Of a DNA stretch of 24,820 nucleotides, positions 15,903-23,179 are shown in pieces (position 1 is the first letter of the stretch; each line of letters begins with the position of its first letter). Position numbers and translations under genes: made by a program. The stretch comes from Thermoplasmata archaeon. GTDB lineage: Archaea; Thermoplasmatota; Thermoplasmata; SG8-5; JAGLSY01. The stretch covers positions 1 to 24,820 of the forward strand of contig JAGLSY010000004.1 of NCBI GenBank assembly GCA_023135545.1. Direction: 5' to 3'. The notes beneath the pieces were generated by a model. That model saw nothing but the letters and a program-made list of their open reading frames with translations, ran no database searches and was not told the origin of the DNA.

Positions 15903-16667
15903 TCAGATAAAGAATAAAGCCGCCATCACCAGTATCCCGCCGAAGCAGATCATCATTATACCAGAGAATTTTTGAATCCGGAGAAGCCTCGTCATCTGTT
16001 TCTCCTTGTCGGCCAGTGTTGTACTGAAGGACGCAATAAGTACGGATGGAAGGGCAGTCCCAAGGCCGAATATGAAGAAGGCCAGACCGCCTAACACCGC
16101 CCCAACAATCGGGCTGGTCGCCAACTCTGCCGTGAATATTCCGACAAAGATGGTCTCGATGGCCAGCACGGTCTCGCCGATGCAGGCGATGCTGACAAGG
16201 CCCCCCCACAAAAAAAGGCCTGTCCTGGTCTTCGGGGTAACCATGTCGAACCTGGCCAGCAATGGATGGAGCATGCCATTATCGCATGCTCCGTTTTCAT
16301 CACCTCTGGGTTCATCCGGCTCTTCCAGACGCTCGGAAATTGTTGCAAAAATGAAGGTGCCGTAGACTATCATCAAGCACCCGACTATGCCGTAGCCAGC
16401 CGCCCAGATCGTCGAGCCGACCGCGAATTCCTCCACTCCTTCGCGGATGATATAGCCTCCGGCGCCGATGGCCGCCCCCAGCAAGGTCAGCAATAACACT
16501 CTGGGCGCGTTGAACCACAGTGCTATTTTTAGTCCTTTTTTCCAAGTTCCGCGCTCCTCGACCAGTGTCGGCATAATGGATGGTATGCAGAGTGCCAGGC
16601 ATGAGCTGGCTCCCCTTCTTATCCCCCATAAAAAGCCGATTGACAGGGCGCCGAGTATCGTTAACAT
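15903..16667 (-). CDS. DsbD_2/TauE-SafE-like (CcdA-related) polytopic membrane protein
   Basis: AGGAGA RBS; about 6 TM helices; C-x3-C (SSCLALCIP) in TM1, FNAPRVLLLTLLGA..G..G, SIACIGE in TM4, and GLGTALP motifs fit the DsbD_2 family. Confidence 0.75.
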   Translation of the reverse strand: MLTILGALSIGFLWGIRRGASSCLALCIPSIMPTLVEERGTWKKGLKIALWFNAPRVLLLTLLGAAIGAGGYIIREGVEEFAVGSTIWAAGYGIVGCLMIVYGTFIFATISERLEEPDEPRGDENGACDNGMLHPLLARFDMVTPKTRTGLFLWGGLVSIACIGETVLAIETIFVGIFTAELATSPIVGAVLGGLAFFIFGLGTALPSVLIASFSTTLADKEKQMTRLLRIQKFSGIMMICFGGILVMAALFFI

Positions 16668-16689
16668 TAAATCTCCTTAGGCATCAGGG

Positions 16690-16718
16690 GTATAATTGTA
16701 TTTTCCCTGCAATTATAC
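16690..16718. promoter_or_regulatory. Perfect 9-bp inverted repeat in a divergent promoter region (operator or back-to-back TATA elements)
   Basis: GTATAATTG-N11-CAATTATAC. Confidence 0.55.
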
Positions 16719-16758
16719 ATTAATCTTTGTGCCGCTCACCAAAACATGGAAGGGATTA

Positions 16759-16882
16759 ATGAGTAAACTACCAGGCCATTTGTAATTGCGCATTGTCCCT
16801 GCATTTGTACGCGATTACAAGAGCAAACATGAATATAGGCATATTTCAAACCAAATGTTTGATCCAATCTCAGACCTAAAGG
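16759..16882 (+). other. Element E1: micro-ORF MSKLPGHL followed by serial hairpins (candidate leader/sRNA)
   Basis: ATG 16759 to TAA 16785; stems 16780-16792/16808-16820 and 16824-16830/16855-16861; shares 17 nt exactly with 22756-22772. Confidence 0.5.
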
Positions 16883-16965
16883 ACTGAGCGTTCTCTGCCA
16901 TTTTGCAGTAAGGGAAAAATATATGATTGTATATTGTTTTTCATTTGAATGGGAGAGGTACTTGG

Positions 16966-19416
16966 TTGTCAGCTGAAGAAAGTTCTATTATCGGGACATT
17001 ATCATTGCCCGAAGCTCACAAAGAGCAATTTCTCTGGCACGTCATCATTTGGTTGGAAATCCTTCTCATAATCATGGTGGTTATATCCTCTGGCTTGAAT
17101 GAATGGGCTGATATTCAATCAAAGGTCTTCAACATCGCCTTTGTGGGTGTTCTCATAATCTCTTTTATAATTGGTCTGGGGCTTTTTATGGCCTACAAAC
17201 CGAAGGTCGAAAAACAAGGGATCCTTATATTCCTCCTATTTCTTACTGGCTGTCAGATCATATCCAGTGGAACAATGCTCTACCAGCTTGGGAGATCCGA
17301 GACCGTGGAATTCATCATCATTATATTGACTGGCCTAGCGATCGCCGCCCTGGGATTGGGATTGATGATGCTCAAGCTCAAGCACACAAGCAGAATGACT
17401 GGCTTCTATTCATTGTGGTTGTTCGGCATACTGCTGATCCTTTTTATGCCCCTTCACGAACTCGAAATGCTGGAATACAGTAGCAGGGATAACTTGATGG
17501 GCTATCTTGGCCTGATAATCACAATCATTGGATCGCTATCCTTTTCCATCGAATATAGACAAAGCAAGAATTTTGAAGCTTGGGTCATCTCGGGGGATGC
17601 GAAGTACATTGCTGGGAAATACGACAAGGCAGTGGAATATTACGAAAAGGCCCTGGCCATTGATGGGGAGAATGCCCTCATATTGTCCAGCAAAGGTTCG
17701 GCACTTCTGAGATTGAGCATGTGGTCCAGAGCATTGGAATGCTTCGATAGGGCTCTGGAATTTGAGCCCGAACAGGCCCTGGCTATCGGGGGAAAGGGTC
17801 TCGCATTAAGCTATTTGAAACGATATTCAGAGGCTCTTACATATCATGATCTGTCCATCAAGGTGGGCCGGGAAGCGGTCGGGTGGAACAATAAGGGCAA
17901 TACCCTCTTCCGCATGAATGCGCCGAATGATGAGATAATGACATGTTATGAAAACGCCATTATAGCAGAGCCAGATTATTCAAATGCATGGTTTAACAAG
18001 GGTAAGTCCGAATTGAATCAGGGTTGGTATGAGAAGGCAGCGGATTCCTTCGCAAGGGTCGTGGAACTGAGGCCTGATTTCTCGGCTGCCTGGTTCCAGA
18101 GAGGTAAATCCCTTTCATTATCCGGATCAAAGGAGGAGGCCCTGTTCTGTCATGACATGGCCATACAACTCAATCCCGCAAACACCGAGGCCTGGATGGA
18201 AAGAAAGATCATACTTGTATCCTCGGTAAAGAAGAAGATGAGACCGATACCGGTCATCACCATCACGGATGGCATGCCCATCTTTGGACCGGATGGCCAA
18301 AAGAGGAAGATGATACCGGCCACACTTCCTGAAAAGGTGGATAGAGGAGTGTCTGGAGATGATACGGGACGTCAGAAGGCGATCGTCTTGGCGAGCCGAG
18401 GTAATTATGATGGGGCGATCAATATGCTCCAGAAACAAATAGCCAAAGAGCCGGAAGATACTGTTAATTACATCACCCAAGGAATGATGATGACGCGAAT
18501 GGAGAGACTGGATGAGGCTTTGGAATCATTTGAAAAGGCAATTCAGATACAGCCAGACTGGGTCGGACCCTGGTTCTGCAAGGGAATGGTACTGGCGGCA
18601 ATGAACAGGTATGACGAGGCCGTCGTGGCACTGGACAAGGCCATCTCCCTAAGGTACAACTACACAGATGCCTGGTCTGTGAAAGGATTGATATATGGGA
18701 TCCTTCGCAGATATCAAGAGGCGATTGAATGCTTTGACAAAGTTACCGAGTTACACCCGGATGATGAAGAGGCCTGGCGGTCAAAGGGAATTGCACTGAA
18801 CAAGCTGGGTCGATATGAGGAGGCCATCCAGTGCTTTGAGAATATAGTGCTCCTCAAGCCGGGCATAGACGGTATATACACATTCCTGGATGAAGAAAAG
18901 GATAAGCTCCAGGATGCCAGGGACATGTTCAAGGTTGGAGTCGAATTGGCAAAGTTAAGAGAATATGATTCTGCAATAGAATTCCTGGAGAAGGCCGTGA
19001 AACTCAGACCAAACTATATGGAAGCCCTGTATATTTTCGGTGTCGTGTACGGTGTTATAGGAGATTATGAAAATGCTATGCGTTATTTCGAGAGGGTGCT
19101 GGAAATAAAGCCGGAACATATTGAAGCTCTCTATGCAAAGGGAAATATCCTGCTCAAGGAGGGGAAGAATTCCGAAGCCCTTGAATTCTTCAAGAACGTG
19201 CTGGACCTGAAAGAAAGCCATGTGGATGCCTGGTGTGATAAAGGCCAGGCATTCGTTGGACTGGGTGAATATGATAGCGCGGTGGAGTGTTTTGATAATG
19301 CCCTGAGGCAGTCTGGAGATCATCAGAGAAGCATATCTTCAAGGGAGAGCTGTGTCAAACTAATGAATTTGATGGAAGAGAGTGGGGAAAAAGAAGAGGA
19401 TATGGTCTTACCGTAA
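16966..19416 (+). CDS. Membrane protein with ~6 N-terminal TM helices and ~15 TPR repeats in two blocks
   Basis: Likely TTG start at 16966 after GGAGAGGT (ORF track starts at 16927). Hydrophobic N-terminal ~200 aa, then repeated AW..KG..L..L..Y.EA..C(F/Y)..A....P units. Confidence 0.88.
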   Translation: MSAEESSIIGTLSLPEAHKEQFLWHVIIWLEILLIIMVVISSGLNEWADIQSKVFNIAFVGVLIISFIIGLGLFMAYKPKVEKQGILIFLLFLTGCQIISSGTMLYQLGRSETVEFIIIILTGLAIAALGLGLMMLKLKHTSRMTGFYSLWLFGILLILFMPLHELEMLEYSSRDNLMGYLGLIITIIGSLSFSIEYRQSKNFEAWVISGDAKYIAGKYDKAVEYYEKALAIDGENALILSSKGSALLRLSMWSRALECFDRALEFEPEQALAIGGKGLALSYLKRYSEALTYHDLSIKVGREAVGWNNKGNTLFRMNAPNDEIMTCYENAIIAEPDYSNAWFNKGKSELNQGWYEKAADSFARVVELRPDFSAAWFQRGKSLSLSGSKEEALFCHDMAIQLNPANTEAWMERKIILVSSVKKKMRPIPVITITDGMPIFGPDGQKRKMIPATLPEKVDRGVSGDDTGRQKAIVLASRGNYDGAINMLQKQIAKEPEDTVNYITQGMMMTRMERLDEALESFEKAIQIQPDWVGPWFCKGMVLAAMNRYDEAVVALDKAISLRYNYTDAWSVKGLIYGILRRYQEAIECFDKVTELHPDDEEAWRSKGIALNKLGRYEEAIQCFENIVLLKPGIDGIYTFLDEEKDKLQDARDMFKVGVELAKLREYDSAIEFLEKAVKLRPNYMEALYIFGVVYGVIGDYENAMRYFERVLEIKPEHIEALYAKGNILLKEGKNSEALEFFKNVLDLKESHVDAWCDKGQAFVGLGEYDSAVECFDNALRQSGDHQRSISSRESCVKLMNLMEESGEKEEDMVLP

Positions 19417-19489
19417 CTCCGATCTAGACTCAATATCATCAACCTATTGCCCAGATGAGGGATAAAATGGCTTATGGATTATTCAATGA

Positions 19490-19879
19490 TCAAAGAATTT
19501 CCACTGTGCCTTCGTCCGCGTCTATTCTCAGTCTGTCGCCGGTCTTTATCTTATCGATGTCTATGCCGTCAACACATGTGACATCGGCCAGTATAACACC
19601 TGTAGCCACTATTGTCTCGGTCTCCTTGTTGATGATGGCCGCCGGGCCGACACCGTATTTCTCAAGCCCGTAAATGACATAGGAGCCCACCGTCGAGCCC
19701 TTGCCGCACGGGAATATCAGCACCTTGCCGGTTACCGACTGGCCTTCTAATTCATGGCCTTTCTCGATAACTATTCCGGTCTTGGGATCGATGCCGCCGT
19801 AAAATCCGATAGGCTCTCTGGATACTATGGCCTCGGCCTCCACCTTTCCGGGGTTTATCATCCTGCCTTCCATCTTCAT
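19490..19879 (-). CDS. acnX: Aconitase X swivel subunit (DUF126); probable phosphomevalonate dehydratase small subunit
   Basis: FYGGIDPKTG and GKGSTVGSYV motifs; ATGA overlap with the large-subunit gene. Confidence 0.92.
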   Translation of the reverse strand: MKMEGRMINPGKVEAEAIVSREPIGFYGGIDPKTGIVIEKGHELEGQSVTGKVLIFPCGKGSTVGSYVIYGLEKYGVGPAAIINKETETIVATGVILADVTCVDGIDIDKIKTGDRLRIDADEGTVEIL

Positions 19880-21084
19880 GCCGACAACCTCCTAATTAAT
19901 TCATCCACATCTTGGAATACAACATTCTGCTGGCAGAATCCAGGCAGGTAATTTCCGGCCTTACCGGAGTTAACGCCGGTCGTTTTGTAGCCCATTTCCT
20001 CGATCGGGGAAACGACCATGCAGGTATCGGCCACGACCTTGCCGCCGGCTTTTTCGATAATCTCGACGAAGCCCATCTTCTGGGCCGCGACCTTCATCAC
20101 CCTGGAGGTGCATATCCAGATGGGGCTTTTCAGAGCCTTGCCGTCCAGCTTTTCCGCCAGGCTGGCAATCTCGCGCAGGGAGGCGTGTGGACAGCCCAGT
20201 ATCACGATGTCGGGTATCGAGCCGGTGTTCAGCTTTTCGTAGGTGGCGGCCAGCTCCTTCTTGCCGACCTCTATGGGCTCGAGACCGGACACATCCATGA
20301 GATATGCTTCGGGTGTCAGACCCTCGGCATGATAAAGAGCCACGGCCCCGGATGCGGCCATCGCGGCACCCAGCGCCTTCAGCTGGTCGGTGTTGGAATC
20401 TTTCGGAAGGCCGATAAAATAAGGAATTTTATTCTTCACTTGCTTGCCAACATGATAGCCCAGGGCTCCGAAGTCAGAATTGAAATTGAGGTCTGTATCT
20501 ACTTTCACGACGACGTCCGGCTTCCGATTTTCATCTTGATGAAGCCCATAGTTGGGAGTCACCCCGCAAATAGCTGCGGCCAGTGCCGAAGGACCTCCTT
20601 CCCTGTTGGTCCTGGCCCCGATAACCGAGTTGGAGAATGACACGGCCGAAGATTCTGACCAGGCTATGTGCTCCCCGAACCTCGGGAGGTTGCCGGCCAG
20701 GTAAGGCGTGCATGTCGCGGTCACAACTACACCCATCTTCCTGAAGGCCTCCATGATTCTTATCTGGTGGCTGGCAAAGTCCTCTGGAAAACCATATTCC
20801 TTCCAGTCCTCCATGTCCATCCCGGCCGGATTCAGGTAGGTGAGGGTTTTCACCCTGGCCCCCTTGGCCGCGAAGTCCTCCAGGAACTCCATTCCAGGGT
20901 CGCCGATTGATTTGTAAGATACCCCGGCAACCTGAACGCTGCCGACCGGTATCATCTTCCCGGCCCCGTAAATGTCTCCCAGGCGGACGAGCAATCGAAA
21001 GAGCCGCTCAACGACCTCTCCCTGCTCACCAGCCAGCATGCCCTCCTGCTCTGGTGTTAAATCGATTTTATCAACTCCCTGCAA
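19876..21084 (-). CDS. acnX: Aconitase X catalytic subunit (DUF521); probable phosphomevalonate dehydratase large subunit
   Basis: GVSYKSIG, TCTPY, WSESSAVSFSNSVIGARTNREGGPSALAAA, GCPHAS, DTCMVVSP and NSGKA motifs. Start is uncertain: TTG 21084 (no RBS) or ATC 21066 (good RBS). Confidence 0.92.
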   Translation of the reverse strand: MQGVDKIDLTPEQEGMLAGEQGEVVERLFRLLVRLGDIYGAGKMIPVGSVQVAGVSYKSIGDPGMEFLEDFAAKGARVKTLTYLNPAGMDMEDWKEYGFPEDFASHQIRIMEAFRKMGVVVTATCTPYLAGNLPRFGEHIAWSESSAVSFSNSVIGARTNREGGPSALAAAICGVTPNYGLHQDENRKPDVVVKVDTDLNFNSDFGALGYHVGKQVKNKIPYFIGLPKDSNTDQLKALGAAMAASGAVALYHAEGLTPEAYLMDVSGLEPIEVGKKELAATYEKLNTGSIPDIVILGCPHASLREIASLAEKLDGKALKSPIWICTSRVMKVAAQKMGFVEIIEKAGGKVVADTCMVVSPIEEMGYKTTGVNSGKAGNYLPGFCQQNVVFQDVDELIRRLSA

Positions 21085-21374
21085 TTCGCTATCAAAATGT
21101 CAATCTCATCCTTTGTCGCGTTGTCAACATGGACACCGCCCAGGGCAACCACCTTTGTCTGGTATTTTTCGCAGGCTTCAACAGCGATGGGCTCCAGGAC
21201 AACATGGTCATAATGGCCTTCCAGTTTCATGGTCCGGCATTCTTCCCCCGGTATCTTGAGCACCACGGAGCCGATGTGGGATTTTTCCCCGCCGCCGAGA
21301 ATGTAGACGAGCTGGTTTCCCACCTCCTCGCGCTTGAGCCAGACCCGGTACTTGCCATCACCCGCGGTAATCAT
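21057..21374 (-). CDS. lpdD: LpdD-like prenylated-flavin (prFMN) chaperone
   Basis: ILGGGEKSHIG, GHYD and GGVHVDNATKDEI correspond to the GG..PHIG / H(K/R)D / GIH(V/I)..IT..EI pattern I recall for LpdD. Overlaps both neighbouring genes. Confidence 0.7.
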   Translation of the reverse strand: MITAGDGKYRVWLKREEVGNQLVYILGGGEKSHIGSVVLKIPGEECRTMKLEGHYDHVVLEPIAVEACEKYQTKVVALGGVHVDNATKDEIDILIANCRELIKSI

Positions 21375-22671
21375 CGATGTTCACATCCTTGTATTTGACC
21401 TTCTCGTACTTGGCAGGGTCGATTCCCGCCGGAATGGTGGCATCCAGGCCCACCCTGGTAATCATGGTTTTCTTTCCCGAATGGTCGCCCGAAGGGTCGA
21501 GGGAAGAACCTGGCTGGTCGGGCATTATCATGGCATCCTTGTCGGCCTGGAACCTGGTGGCCAGCGCCCATTCCAGGGCGATTGGGTCGTAGATATCTAC
21601 GTCATCCTCTACCACGATAACATGCTTCATGCTCTTGTGGCCAAGGAAAGCCGCTTCAATTGCTTTCTTGCCATCATCCGGCCCCTTTTTGACTATCTGG
21701 ACGATGCCGTGAAGCCACGAGCCGCCGCCCATCGTAACCACGACATTCTTGCACTCGCAGACCTTGCTTACCTCATCATAGATGGTCGGCTCCTTCGGCA
21801 TGCCCATCAGAAGCTTGTGCTCCTTTCTACCGGCTAGCAAGGCCTGGTACATGGCATCCTTGCGGTGCGTGATGCAATCGACAATGAAAATTGGCTCCTG
21901 TCTTTCAAAATCGCGAGTCTCGGTAAGGTCAACGAAAGGTCCTTCCTTGTCAACATCCCTTGTCAGCCTGCCTTCAAGCACAATCTCGCTCCCGGCCGGA
22001 ACCTCCAGGTCCTTAGTAACGCACTTGACCAGGTCGGTCTTTCCCAGGGCATTGGCAATAGCCAATTCGTCATTTCCCGGGGCGGGGCCAAGGGATGCGG
22101 CCACCATCACCGGAACAGAGTTGCCGATGCAGACCGCCATCTCCAGATTCCCTTCGATCTTATCGTAAGTGGTCCGGGTCTGGCGCTTGGGGATCAACCT
22201 GGCCATGAATTTGTTTCCTCCGCTGAACATGAGACGGTGGTATGACATGTTGCGGCCGGTTTCCGGGTCCTTGATAATCGAGCAGGTGGCCGTGGCATAT
22301 TTGCCTCCATCACCCTCCAGGTGCATGAGAAAAGGAACTCTGGACAGGTCCGGGTTATGTACAACAACTTCCTGGCATGGAGCATTGGCCTTATCGACCA
22401 TGGCCGGCTCCACCGGGTCCCTCAAGGCCCCGACAAGTTTCAAAAGCAATCCTTCTTTTGTCGTGCCCAGGCCGTCGGCGATTATGTCTCTGGAGGAAGT
22501 TATACCTCCGAAGACCGGGTAATCGCTGTCCTTGACATTATCGAAGATAACTGGCTGCTCGCCCAGGGTGTTCATCACGTTGGCTATCTCGTACTCGGTG
22601 CTGACCTCTTTTGTTATTCTGATAAGTTTGCCGTCCTGTTCAAGTTGGCCCAGAAAATCACGTAGATTCAC
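21358..22671 (-). CDS. ubiD: UbiD-family prFMN-dependent decarboxylase; probable anhydromevalonate phosphate decarboxylase
   Basis: Likely GTG start at 22671 after GGAGTGA. LRDFL..LE..G.L..I, SYHRL, EIVLEG, EGPFVD and VVEDDVDIYDP..LEWALATRFQ motifs; operonic with acnX L/S. Confidence 0.93.
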   Translation of the reverse strand: MNLRDFLGQLEQDGKLIRITKEVSTEYEIANVMNTLGEQPVIFDNVKDSDYPVFGGITSSRDIIADGLGTTKEGLLLKLVGALRDPVEPAMVDKANAPCQEVVVHNPDLSRVPFLMHLEGDGGKYATATCSIIKDPETGRNMSYHRLMFSGGNKFMARLIPKRQTRTTYDKIEGNLEMAVCIGNSVPVMVAASLGPAPGNDELAIANALGKTDLVKCVTKDLEVPAGSEIVLEGRLTRDVDKEGPFVDLTETRDFERQEPIFIVDCITHRKDAMYQALLAGRKEHKLLMGMPKEPTIYDEVSKVCECKNVVVTMGGGSWLHGIVQIVKKGPDDGKKAIEAAFLGHKSMKHVIVVEDDVDIYDPIALEWALATRFQADKDAMIMPDQPGSSLDPSGDHSGKKTMITRVGLDATIPAGIDPAKYEKVKYKDVNIDDYRG

Positions 22672-22701
22672 ATATATCACTCCCGTTATGGTAGGATAAG
22701 T

Positions 22702-22724
22702 AAAAAAATCTATTTATATTTATA
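22702..22724. promoter_or_regulatory. Bidirectional TATA region between the ubiD operon and element E2
   Basis: AAAAAAATC-TATTTATATTTATA reads as TTTATA on + and TATAAATA on -. Confidence 0.55.
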
Positions 22725-22747
22725 CTATTGGATTGGGAGGTCGGCAG

Positions 22748-22951
22748 ATGTCGAATAAACTACCAGGCCATTATTTACCTGGCGTTTTTTAAATGCGCAT
22801 TTACCCTTTGGTTTCCACGCATTTATTTTATCAAACACATATCTGGATTTTATGTCTGCTTAGTGTTTGATTTTGTAGTTGCGTATTACTCAGTGTATGT
22901 ACGCGACTACAAAAGTTAGGACACATTGCTTTGATATTGCCATGTCCTAAC
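22748..22951 (+). other. Element E2: micro-ORF MSNKLPGHYLPGVF followed by serial hairpins (candidate sRNA/leader)
   Basis: GGAGGT RBS; ATG 22748 to TAA 22792; stems 22791-22797/22818-22824, 22871-22885/22900-22914 (15 bp, one G-U) and 22915-22923/22943-22951 (9 bp perfect). Confidence 0.5.
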
Positions 22952-22983
22952 TTCTGATTCTGTCCTGGAAGTTTATATTCCAG

Positions 22984-23139
22984 CAGCCATATGTCCCAAC
23001 TCGCAGAGGTTCAAGCTCTGCGTTCATTTGCTAAGAGTTGATGGACATACGGCGGTATCCTTGGCTCCGAGCAGGTGAGCAGGGAGATGGGTGCGAGCCA
23101 GCGCAGGAGCCGGGTGGGGGGGACCCCACAGAATGGGGT
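22984..23139. other. GC-rich, strongly base-paired non-coding tract (possible ncRNA or palindromic element)
   Basis: Nested stems TATGTCC/GGACATA, CAACTC/GAGTTG and GCAGAG/CTCTGC; then GGCTCC/GGAGCC and ACCCCA/TGGGGT. Confidence 0.4.
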
Positions 23140-23179
23140 GGGAGCGATACACATTTGTGCTTTCACCTAACACTCACGC

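Noticed and set aside
16786-16887. Read-through of the E1 stop into a longer ORF (LRIVPAFVRDYKSKHEY...)
   Set aside because: The stop is TAA, so it is not Sec or Pyl, and the matching VRDYKS in E2 lies in a different frame; conservation is better explained by RNA pairing.
19912-20640. 242-aa plus-strand ORF
   Set aside because: Antisense shadow of acnX-L, which has all the family motifs.
22728-22919. 63-aa plus-strand ORF from the track
   Set aside because: Its start sits immediately after the TATA region with no RBS; the RBS points instead to ATG 22748.
22915-22975. Integron attC site (GTTAGG.../...CCTAAC)
   Set aside because: Order is GTT first and AAC last, the reverse of attC; there is no cassette array or integrase.
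22984-23160. RNase P RNA, SRP RNA or TPP riboswitch
   Set aside because: Only fragments resemble them (ACAGAA; CAGG..AGCAG; GCCAGCGCAGG). The GAGGAAAGUCC, GNRA-capped helix 8 and CUGAGA core motifs are missing on both strands.
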